From: Vairimorpha necatrix
Taxonomy: Eukaryota
NCBI GenBank assembly: GCA_036630325.1
Contig: CP142734.1
Span: 1,054,001 to 1,111,211 of the forward strand
DNA length: 57,211 bases
Direction of reading: 5' to 3'
Of this stretch, positions 26,545 through 38,300 are shown piece by piece. The position numbers and the translations under genes are program-made. Each line of letters begins with the position of its first letter. Within the stretch, counting starts at the first letter, position 1. The notes below the pieces were generated by a model that worked only from the letters and a program-made list of their open reading frames with translations, was not told the origin of the DNA and made no database searches.

Positions 26545-26572
26545 TTATTTATTAAGGGTTCTAAACCCTACA
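26535..26572 (-). repeat. 5' LTR (38 bp)
   Basis: Copy of 23507-23544 with one substitution, followed on the minus strand by TGG (PBS, ~26521-26534). Confidence 0.9.
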
Positions 26573-26603
26573 TTAAATAAAATTCTAAAAATATAAATCT
26601 TAG

Positions 26604-26780
26604 GCCCTAAATTATGTTATTTTTTGATTCTACTAATATTTTATCAATATCACATTAAGACTCAACTATTTCGCAATTAGAAGCAAAGTATTTAATTATC
26701 GCCTTGTTTGTAAATTTAATATTTTTAAAAATGAATTCGTTACTAAAATATGATCACAAAGATCTTATTTATATTTATTA
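26604..26780. repeat. Diverged ~208-bp tandem unit, right copy
   Basis: Colinear diverged match to 23330-23506. Confidence 0.75.
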
Positions 26781-28711
26781 AATTTATTTGATTCAAAATA
26801 GAAAAATTTTAAAAATTCAATATAATGGTATAAATTATATATAAAGCTGAAGAATATATAATATTCAAAAACATAACTTTTTTCAAAAATTTTATTACAA
26901 CACAAAACAAAAAAAAACTAGTTACTTACAAAAAGAAATTTATTGATTTGTTTTAGCTATCACGAAAAATAAAAGAAGTGTAAACTAAAAGATTTAATAA
27001 GTATTATTAGTTATATATTGCCTTTTTTAGGTTAATGTGATATATTCAACAAACTATTATTACAGTTATATAAAAATTCAAAATTCAACATTTATATTCC
27101 TTTTATAAAACCGAATCATTTTTACGTACTATCATGATTGACACACCTCAGGCTTTCCAAAATCCTATCAATTATACATACGTATTCACAGCTTTACGGT
27201 TCTCAGATATAGGTCCATAAAATAATATATCCAACAAATTACATCATAATAATAAAAAACTAAATTAAATAATGTTTGCTAAAACTTGTTATTATGATTT
27301 TTTTACAATAAGAATTAGTTCAAATTTATAAAATAAAAGTTTTAATACTTTAATAAGACATAAGATTTTTGAATTTAATTGTTTTACGAAATAGTGTAAT
27401 GGACTAAATCATAATGAACATTGTGTAATGAACATAAACCTTACATAAAGAAATATATATTTAATAAATATATTAAAGATAGATAAATATATTATGCTCA
27501 TGTAATGATAAAATAATATAGACCACAAAGTAGTGCTTTAAATATAACTTTAGTATGTGATAAGCATACAATTGATAATGTATTTTTTTTCCTTAAGATG
27601 AAGTTAATTACAAATACAAAAACCTACGTAGTTAGAATTTGGAGAATTAGTTTAATGATGAGATAGGTAAATGACTGCTATAGATAAACATTTCAAATTT
27701 AAGATTCTTATTTAATAATTTAATTGATCCAACAAAATTTAAAATAAAAAGCAAAATTAATATCATATGCTACATTTTATAATTTATTTTTGTTATCCAT
27801 ATAAATTTTTAATAGCAAAAGATATACTACAACTATACATTTAAATACACCTTACCTTCTAGTTCATGTTACTGTGTATATACCAAGAATCAAAAAGTAG
27901 AAGATCTCATTATTTAACTTTATTATATTGAAATTCCTTAAGTTTTCTAATTAAATCATTTAAAAGACAAATAACTATATAGATACAAGTTATGGGAATT
28001 AAAAAAAAATATATTTAATAAAAAAATGTGTTCTAGGAAATAATTAACAATAAATTTATAGAAAATGTAATAATAAATTATCCTTCTCATAAATCTAAAT
28101 TACAAAATAAAATTTTTTGATTCAGATATAGCTTACATTTATATATTAATAGATAAAATATTTTACAAATGTTATATATGCTTTTCTTTGCGATCGTTTA
28201 CTGGGAGTTTAAACAAATTTTTAAATTTATCCCATAAAGAGTAATTTCTTTCCGTATCGAATTACCAAACTAATTCGATTATAAGTTTTATTATCGAAGG
28301 ATAGTATTGCAGAACATTTTAAAATTTTTGTATAACACTGGTCTGTATAGATGACACAGTCCAAAATTTGGCTTAAGTCTATTGCATATATTCTCAAATA
28401 TTACATTATTTAGATTTTAAATTACGTTTCCTAAATAAATAGTTGTAAACTAGTCGACAGAATCTGTGATAAAAGATTATATTGCATTGTATTCATAATA
28501 TCATAATTAATTCAATACAACGTACGTTTGAATAGTATTTATATTAATTTATTCGAAACAAGAATTTAACTTAGCAAACAATTATGAGTATATTTTATAA
28601 CTAAGTGATATGATAATATAATAAATAACAAAAAACATGGAATTTTATTTTGTATATTAAGTCAATTTTTGTGTTAACTGAAAAAAACTTTATTGAGAAT
28701 CGTTTTTCTTG

Positions 28712-28735
28712 TAGGTTAGGTAGGTATGTTAGGTA
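28712..28735 (+). repeat. Short interstitial telomere-like sequence
   Basis: taggttaggtaggtatgttaggta, in the same orientation and with the same two units as the terminal array. Confidence 0.6.
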
Positions 28736-29334
28736 TTTTTTATTTAGAAAAAGACCAATTCTTAACTTAAGAAACAATTTAAGTCCGCAAAACAAAGCAA
28801 TGCAAAGTATTTTCTATTTATTTATATTTTTGTATATTTAGATCATTAATTATGGTTTGTTAGCCCTTTAAGTTTTTAGATGATCGATGTATGAAGAAGT
28901 TGTGCCAAAGAATTAACCATAATTTTTAATAGTGTAAATATAGAAATTCAACCTTTTAAATTGTACTTATAAAACAATAATATACTATATACACTATGAA
29001 GCCAAATTATTAAAAAAGCTTTAACATAACGTATTTTAACAACAAACAGAAACATACTGTATCGAAATATTGGTTAATATATAAAAATCATTGGGGTACT
29101 AAGAAAAACAGAACTTATACTCTTTTTAAAAAATCAATTGATATATATATATGTATATATAAGAAGGATAATGAACTTGAAAGAAGAAGTAAATTAACTT
29201 TACTTCTAAACAAAAAAAATTAACATGTATAGTATATGTATGTAAATTAAGAAGTATTGGTTTTCTTGATGATATTTTTAAGAGAAAAATAATTTCAAAT
29301 AATTTTTATAGATAAGTCACTATAACTTTATAAA

Positions 29335-31165
29335 CATATAAGAAGGAACAATGTCGTAAAATTAAAAATATCTAAGACTTCATATAAATCTATATTATTG
29401 TTATATAAGTGACATTTGTGTATCTTTTTTTGATTTTAAAGCATTTATGAAATTTGCCATTTTCATCTCCTTCTTGTATATATGTATATAAGAAGACAAA
29501 TCTTGCAAAATATGAAAAAATTAAGAACTTCTGAAAATGCTTATAAATTCATATTATTGCCATATAAGTACTTTTTTGTATCTTTTTTTGTTTTAAAGCA
29601 TTTATGAAATTTGCCATTTTCCATCTCCTTCTTGTATATATATATAAGAAGACAAATCTTGCAAAATATGAAAAAATTAAGAACATCTAAGACTACATAT
29701 AAATATATATTATTGGTATATAAGTGAACTTTGTGTGTCTTTTTTTGTTTTTGAGCCATTTAAAAGATTTGTTATTTTTCCATCTCTTTCTTGTATATAT
29801 ATATATATATATATATATAAGAAGACAAATCTTGCAAAATATGAAAAAATTAAGAACAGCTGAAAATGCATATAAATTCATATATTTGTTATATAAGTAC
29901 TTTTTTGTATCTTTTTTTGTTTTAAAGCATTTATGAAATTTGCCATTTTCCATCTCCTTCTTGTATATATATATAAGAAGACAAATCTTGCAAAATATGA
30001 AAAAATTAAGAACATCTAAGACTACATATAAATATATATTATTGGTATATAAGTAAACTTTGTGTGTTTTTTAAGTTTTTGAGCCATTTATGAAATTTGC
30101 TATTTTCCATCTCCTTCTTGTATATATATATAAGAAGACAAATCTTGCAAAATATGAAAAAATTAAGAACAGCTGAAAAAGCAAATAAATACACCTTATT
30201 GTTATATAAGTACTTTTTCTGTATCTTTTTTTGTTTTTAAAGCATTTATGAAATTTGCCATTTTCCATCTCCTTCTTGTATATATATATAAGAAGACAAA
30301 TCTTGCAAAATATGAAAAAATTAAGAACATCTAAGACTACATATAAATTCATATTATTGTTTTACAAGTACTTTTCAACATTCTTTATTTGTTTTTAAAG
30401 CTTTATGAAATTTGCCATTTTTCCATCTCTTTCTTGTATACATATATAAGAAGACAAATCTTGAAAAATATGAAGAAAATTAAGAACAGCTGAAAAAGCA
30501 AATAAATACACCTTATTGTTATATAAGTACTTTTTCTGTATCTTTTTTTGTTTTTAAAGCATTTATGAAATTTGCCATTTTCCATCTCCTTCTTGTATAT
30601 ATATATAAGAAGACAGATCTTGAAAAATATAAAAAAATTAAGAACATCTAAGACTACAACTAAATTCATATTATTGTTTTACAAGTACTTTTCAACATTC
30701 TTTATTTGTTTTTAAAGCTTTATGAAATTTGCCATTTTTCCATCTCTTTCTTGTATACATATATAAGAAGACAAATCTTGAAAAATATGAAGAAAATTAA
30801 GAGCAGCTGAAAAAGCAAATAAATACACCTTATTGTTATATATGTACTTTTTCTGTATCTTTTTTTGTTTTTAAAGCATTTATGAAATTTGCCATTTTCC
30901 ATCTCCTTCTTGTATATATATATAAGAAGACAGATCTTGAAAAATATAAAAAAATTAAGAACTTCTGAAAATGCATATAAATACACATTATTGCTATATA
31001 AGTGACTTTTTATGTTTTTGTGCCATTACAAGATTTGTCATTTTTTCATCTCCTTCCCGTATATCTATATAAGAAGACAGATCTTGAAAAATATAAAAAA
31101 ATTAAGAACATCTAAGATTACATATAAATTCATATTATTGTTATACAAGTACTTTTTGTGTATAT
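29335..31165. repeat. Tandem satellite, ~159-bp monomer, ~12 copies, ~317-bp higher-order dimer
   Basis: Recurrent (ta)n-aagaagacaaatcttg.aaaatatgaaaaaattaagaac. Monomers alternate between atctaagactac and a/t-gctgaaaa.gc variants. Duplicated ORF artefacts are offset by 317 bp (30403/30720). Confidence 0.95.
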
Positions 31166-32478
31166 ATATGCGTACTTATTAGTTTATTATATTTTATTTT
31201 TTCTTTAAGTGAATCAAAGTATGTCTTTCTTATATAGATTTATAAACAGAATGATTCTAAAAGTTTCTTGTGTAAACGTGGTTGTTTTACGATTTAAAAT
31301 TCTAACATAAGAATAAAATTGAAAATGAATACTAATTGGTAAAAAATCTTATTATAATGATTAAATATTTTAAAAACTCCCAGAAACAATCTCTATTTTA
31401 ATTACAATTACATCTAAATATATATACAAGTCTTTAAGTATCAGCAATATTTCTAATTTTTTTGGCTAATGGAAAGTCTCTATGTATATTTGTTCATGAG
31501 AGAGATAATGAACACGAAAAAAGGAGAAATTGACATCTCATAAAAACTAGTGAAAATAACATATGTATATATGTAAGTAGATTGTGAAGTTTTTTTTATT
31601 AATTAAAACCTTTATTATATACATGATTTTAATTTTTTTAAAGGGTATCTATCTGCATATATATATATATATATATATAAAAGTACAAAATAAAAAACTT
31701 AAAAATCAAGAACAATATACATAAATATTAGTGCAGTGAAATTTATTGTATTGAAATAATAGAACTTTCTATATGGTAACAAATATTATATAAGTATTTT
31801 TATGTAATAAAACATTCAATTATATAATTATTGCCAGTATCAACACATAGAATAAATAGATTTTGAATTAAACAAATCAGAATATAATTTGTGTATAAAT
31901 CAGTAACAAACATTTTTTGAATTTAAAGATGAATTCTTATTATTGGAATACATCGAGGTATATTAGAAAGAATATAATCGTGGATAAAAAACAACCAATA
32001 CCCCATTGGAAAACAATACTGTATAAAAATACAACACTTTAATATAATATAGAACGAAATTTAAATATTATGTAGATTTTATATTTTATTCATCTAATAC
32101 GAGTGAGCGATTATATAAATGTATCGAAAATAAACACAATTTCAATTAAGAATTATAGCAAAATCTCATATGTACGTATGTATGAATTTAACATTGAAAT
32201 TATCATAAATTATAATTTTCATACAAAAATGTAGATATTATCGTAGCCAATCAAATACTGATCAATCATATTCTCACAAATTGGCTAAAAAAAGTATTTA
32301 GAAAAATTTCTAAAAGAGGGCATGGAAAATAAGATTAAAGAAATTTGCATATTTCAAATAAAAATGATCTTATAAAATCATGTAATTATATTATATAATT
32401 GTATAATTTTTTGCATAATTTAATGAAAATTTTTAAAAAAATAAGCTTGAATAAGAATTTTCATATTTATAAAAATTA

Positions 32479-32698
32479 TGTTATGTCGAAATAACATTCA
32501 GATGATCACGCTCAAAGCATTTCTCTGGACTAGTGAAGGAGAGGATACGAAGCAGATGTGGAAAGGACTATGGAGACGAGAAGCAACCCACAAACAGGAG
32601 ACGCTAACGCGGAACCTATCCTTGTTAAACTATAAATATAAATTACAATAAGCATACCCGTATTAAGATCATTTATTTTTTTATGTCGAAATATAACA
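32479..32698. repeat. Dispersed repeat family A, copy 2 (solo-LTR-like, tgttat...ataaca)
   Basis: Core cccacaaacaggagacgc.aacgc.gaacctat shared with the 47.6-kb copy. TG...CA inverted ends; no clean TSD. Confidence 0.65.
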
Positions 32699-34167
32699 AT
32701 ATCCCAACGATATATATGGTAGTATAACATAGAATTTTACGATCCAATATAGGATATTATAAAATTAGTTATAACAACTTGATCTTAAGATATCTCATGA
32801 TTTTACGAGATCAAAATTACTTTTAATATGGTATATTTTTAGAAAAACTTACTTTTAATATATGATAATATTGGCAAATATGTTCAAGAGATGATTAGAC
32901 CACCTTCAATTAAAAGAAATATATATATATATCTGATTGTTATGTTAGTATCTTTATTAGAGAAAATATTTTATACTAAATCGTATAATATTTACTCGTT
33001 AAATCAGTAGTAGATCAAAAAAAGTAAAAAGGACTCAACATTTTGAACTGATATTTTTTGTATATCTTTGACATATCGTAGGCGGAGATATGTCTCGATG
33101 AGATAAAAGACATTTTCAAAACTATTATATTTATTGTTAATTGAGTTTGCTTTATCCTTCTTGCTCACCATGCCCTTTTGGGCTTTTCCGCTATTTATAG
33201 TTTTACATGTTTGTTTAAAACAAACAAACAAACAACAAGAAGTTTTAGAAAGATTATTCTTATAACGGAGTATAGCGTCTTATTACTTAAACATGAAGTA
33301 TTTGTTAAGAGAAGTAAACAAACAATGTGATGAGAATGTTTTTAATCAGGTCATCACAATCTTTTATATAGAAACCTCATTAATAACAATTTCTAATAAA
33401 TATATATATATTTATAAAATACTTTTTTGTCTAAAATTTTGTTTTCGATATTTCTAAAATTTTATCCTTATACATCTATTTTAAATTAAAAGCAAATTGA
33501 GAATTGGGGATATTAATAAATACTTTCTAATTAAAAATATTCATTGTTTATCATATAGTGTTATAACACTTAATATGATATCTTTTTGAATTTTCACATT
33601 TGTTTAAATCAGTATATGGAAGGGACACAAAAAATTATAAGCATTCTGAAAGTTTTCATAAATCATCTATTTGAATTCTTATAATCATAAATAAAAAAAC
33701 TAGAATAATCATCAAAATACTCCTGTTTACACATATCACACAATTCATCAGACTGATGTTCTATGAATAATATTAGTAAGTAAATTTATTTAAATACTCG
33801 AAATGTCTAAAATTGCACGTTTATTCTACGTCTAACTTTCCCCAATAATCTAATATTCATAATTTTGATCTTAATTCTAATATCCCTTTTAATACCTGAT
33901 ACATTTGCTCAGATAATGGTAAACTTATATCTATAGAAGTTTTCGCATACATTCTTCTCAATGATTATGTAATAATCATACTTATGTTTGATTGGCAATA
34001 ATTAGGTATAAATGCGATCATTAAAATCATTATTTTCTACGGACTAGAAATATATGACCGGTGATCCTTATGTTTATCAATCAATAGATTATATAGCTAA
34101 ATTTGGGTAAAGCTAATGTAGCGGAAGAGCTTCTATATAATTAAACTAAAAAGTTGCATTACAATTC

Positions 34168-34494
34168 TTGTAACAGCCCGTGTTTTTTCACTGTTAATGT
34201 AATTTTTTTTTATTTTATGCTCATGATCTTATTTATCAGCTAATGATTATGATACAATTTAATACTTCGGAAATTTGAGTATACATCTGTATTCCAACTT
34301 TTCAACTTCTCGCGACACGTGGGATGCGCAAGCGCTATAAGGTCTTGTCCATTGAAGTTGGTATAACTAACGGTACTCAAATTTCTGAAGTATATAATTC
34401 GTATCATCATCTTCAGCTGATAAAAAAGAATATAAACATAAAATATCGAGTTTATTACACTAGCAGAAAAAAAATTGACTGGGCTGGATTATAA
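34168..34494. other. Long imperfect inverted repeat (rod-like fold-back, ~325 nt)
   Basis: Nested paired blocks cagccc/gggctg, ctgtta/tagcag, tgtaat/attaca, attttatg/cataaaat, tttatcagct/agctgataaa, atgatac/gtatcat, atacttcggaaatttgagta/tactcaaatttctgaagtat and ccaactt/aagttgg, around a GC-rich apex. Confidence 0.85.
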
Positions 34495-35317
34495 ATTATA
34501 TAATACTTATTTTTATAATACTATATATTTTTAAAACTTCATTGTCATTCCAAACTTGTCTTATCTCTTTATTGCACCAATCCAATCTTTGATTTCTCAT
34601 TGCCCATAAACAAAAAAATTTTATTTAATATTTTAGGAGGGAAATTTAAAATAAACAAAATATAGAAAAGAGCGTAGATTCTGAATTTAAAGAATTTAAT
34701 AGCAAAAATAAAACAAATCATATATATAAAAGAATTTTATTTAATTTTTTACCCCTAAAATATAAAAAATGGTAAAAAAATAAAGTTGCAAATTTTGATT
34801 TAAAAATGATTTTGAATACTTAAATTGTATTTTATACACAATTTTAACCCACTTCTATTCTTTACACTTGATTTATAAATCATTTTCGAAATGCTTAGAA
34901 ATATGATTTTCTCCTTTTTAATTTCTTCCTTTTGGAAAAAGAAAACAAAAACAATGTGACATAAATATTAAAAAAATGGTTGCTAATGTGTGAAATTAGC
35001 CCAATTGAATTTATATTTGTTTCTGATTTATTTACCACTGCAATGTTGGTTCAATAATATACTTAACTTCTAAAAATCACATTTGCTCCTTTTTAATTCT
35101 TACCAGAAATGGAAAATCAAAAATCAAAACAAGAAACAAACATTGGAAAGATGATTTACAAACAGTAGAAATTTATCAACTGACTAACAAACTCAATTAA
35201 ATAAGATTCACACTAATATCAATTCTTTCTATAAAAATTATATTCTCATTTTTGTTTTCTTCTTCCCAAAATGGATTTCAAAAACTATAAATACTTTTTT
35301 TTTCCTTTACCCCCATT

Positions 35318-38300
35318 ATGTTTACGAAAAATCAAACAAAAAATGATTGTAGTAAGCAACCCAAAGCAAACGTCACTATCTCTCAGGAGATAAGTAGTAA
35401 TACTGAAAACAACAATGTTGTTTTCTATGAAGCCAAGACATCTGTAAATAGCACTAAAAATAAAAAAACAAATGCTGGAGAAACAAAAAAAAGGAATTCT
35501 ATATTCAGTTTCTCTAGCGAAAACAAAACGGCCCAAGAAACAGAAGAAACAATCATGAGAATTAATAACACTAAGATGGATGCTTTGACGGAGATTCTAG
35601 ATGTAGCTTGCAGAATCAGTACTAGAAACCATGCCGAACATTATTGTGGAGATCTCAAAGAAGAATGTGGCTTTTGTGGTGCATTACATTTTGCTGGAGA
35701 AGCAAGCAGTAATGGATTATACAAAAGCTGCTGTCATTTTGGGAAAGTTAAATTACAAAGAACAAGAGACTTCCCAGACGACATTAAGAATTTATATATA
35801 GGAAAAAATAAAGATGCAAAAAACTTCAGAGACAATATTAGATCCTACAATGCTGCTCTTTCTTTTGCTTCTCTTGGTGCTCAAATAGAAACTGTGTCTA
35901 ATGGTCCATATGTATTCAAAATACATGGACAAGTGTATCATAACACTTATAATGTAAATAATATGGACTCTAATACACCAAAGAAGTATGCTCAATTATA
36001 TGTAGTAGATAGTGATATGGCAAATGCCCAAAGAATGACGAATCCATCTAATAGAAATTGTAATATATATATCATGAGCAAATTAGATGGATTTATAAGA
36101 TCTGCCAATCCATATTCCGATGCATATAAAAATATGTCTGAAGTAATTAAGGAGCAAAGGGAGTTGGGAAAGGAAGTTAAAGACATTTCCATGGTCTTTA
36201 ATAAAAATTTAGAAAGAGATCAGAGAAGGTATAATGCTCCCTCTACAAGTGAAATCGCAATGATTTTCACTGATCCAAATGGAGAACCACCATTTGAAAG
36301 GGACATTAAAGTATATAGCAAGGGTCTTAGTTCTGATAATTTACATTTGGATATTTTAAGTTCACATTTAGATCCAATGACATATACTTTGTTCTATCCA
36401 CATGGCGAAGCTGGATGGAACGCAAATTTAAGGATTGAGTCTTATCATGGGGAATCACAGAAGATATCTTTACTACAATATAAAGTAGCACAAATATCTA
36501 TAAGAAAAGATAAGTTCAATCCTTTACTCTATGGAGGGAAGTTGTTTCAACAATGGATTGTAGATTCATATCTACAAGTAGAAGCAAACAACTTGAACTT
36601 CATAAAGTTAAATCAGAAGAAGTTGAGGGTAGATCTTTACAAAGGCTTAGTAGATTATATTAATAATGGAATAGAAAGTAATGCTAAGCCTGTAATTTTA
36701 CCATCAAGCTTCCAGGGATCTCCAAGAAATATGAGGGAAAGATACCACGATGCAATGTCTATCGTAAGAAATTTCGGCAAGCCCGATCTTTTTATTACTA
36801 TGACTTGCAATCCAAATTGGAAGGAGATAAAGGAGAATCTATTTGGGGGACAAACTGCAGTTGATAGGCCTGATTTGGTAGCAAAGGTCTTTAACTTGAA
36901 ATTAAAAAGCATGATGGAGGAGATTTTGTCAGGAAGAGTATTTGGGGAAGTTGTGGCTCATGTCTATTCCATTGAGTTCCAAAAACGTGGACTTCCTCAT
37001 GCTCACATATTGATAATGTTAAAGGATAAGATTCGGGATGAAGAAAGAATAGATAAGTATGTGAGTGCAGAAATACCATCACCCATGGACAATGAGATGT
37101 TACACAACTGTGTAACAAAACATATGATTCATGGACCATGTGGATTAAGTTACTTGACAAGTCCATGCATGGAAAATGGTGTCTGCACGAAAGAATATCC
37201 CAAAGAATATAACTTTGAAACAAAGATAAATAATGACGGATATCCTGAATACCGAAGAATAAGAGGGACCGAGTACAATGTAAGGGGGAACATTGTTACT
37301 AATGCTAACGTGGTCCCCTATAATGCTTATTTGCTTGAAAAATACAACTGTCATATCAATGTAGAAGTTTGTACTTCTATTAAGTCAGTTAAGTATATTT
37401 TCAAGTATATTTACAAGGGATTTGATTGTGCAGAAATGAGAATAACTGACAACAACGAAATTGATCATTTTGTGAATTCCAGATATGTTTCAGCACCTGA
37501 GGCTACCTGGAGATTAATGGAATACAAGATGCATGGGAGATCTCATAAGATCCATAGACTTCCTGTGCATCTTCCACAAGAACACTTGATCTCTTTCGAA
37601 GAAGGGAAAGAAGAGGAAGCTGTTAGATTATCTGATCTTAGACAGACTCCTCTTTTAGCTTACTTCAAATTAAATGAAGTCGATGAAGGGGCACATCAAT
37701 TTTCGTATAGTGAGATACCCTATCACTATACATATAAAAAAGGGGAATGGATAAGGAGAAAGAATAAGTATAGTAAGATAATTACTAGATTATATTCTGT
37801 ATCACCAACAGAAAAGGAAAGATTTAGCCTCAGAGTCCTATTGATCAATGTAAAGGGGGCTAAATCATATGAGGATTTGAGAACTGTAAATGGTGTAGTT
37901 TACAGTTCCTTTGCAGAAGCAGTGGAAGAGAGAGGACTTCTTCAAGATGATAAAGAATGGGAAAGGGCTTTAGATGAGGCAGTGGCAACCGAGTCCCCAT
38001 CAATAATAAGAGCATTGTTTGGATATATTTGTGCTTTTAATAAGCCAAAAAATACCAAAGAGCTCTTTGAGAAGTATCTTGAAGATATGTCTGAAGATCT
38101 AGATCAGAATAGTAGAGACGAAATATTAAGTAGATTAAAAGATATTGTCAATGCTCATGGATGGAGTCTAAATGCTCTGGGTTTAGATGAGCCGATTAAC
38201 TATATCGTGAAGGCAAAAACTATCTCTGATAATGGAAAAGATCTAGATCAGATGATCTCCTCTCTAAATGCAAAACAGAGGGATGCTTTTGATAAAATAA

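Larger units (their letters stand above)
23507..26572 (-). mobile_element. Compact Ty3/gypsy LTR retrotransposon, 3,066 bp, with 38-bp LTRs
   Basis: Direct repeats at 23507-23544 and 26535-26572 (37/38 identical, TG...CA). PBS TGGCGAACAC... abuts the 5' LTR and PPT GGAGGGGGGA abuts the 3' LTR. Domain order gag-CCHC-RT-RH-IN. Confidence 0.93.

Noticed and set aside
29541-30986. Repeated 70-93 aa ORFs in the satellite; also a possible CRISPR-like array
   Set aside because: They are translation by-products of the tandem repeat with frame-breaking (TA)n tracts. There are no unique spacers and no cas genes.
34130-34140. tctatataa as the Helitron 5' TC terminus
   Set aside because: It is preceded by T rather than A, and several similar candidates exist upstream, so the end cannot be fixed from one copy.
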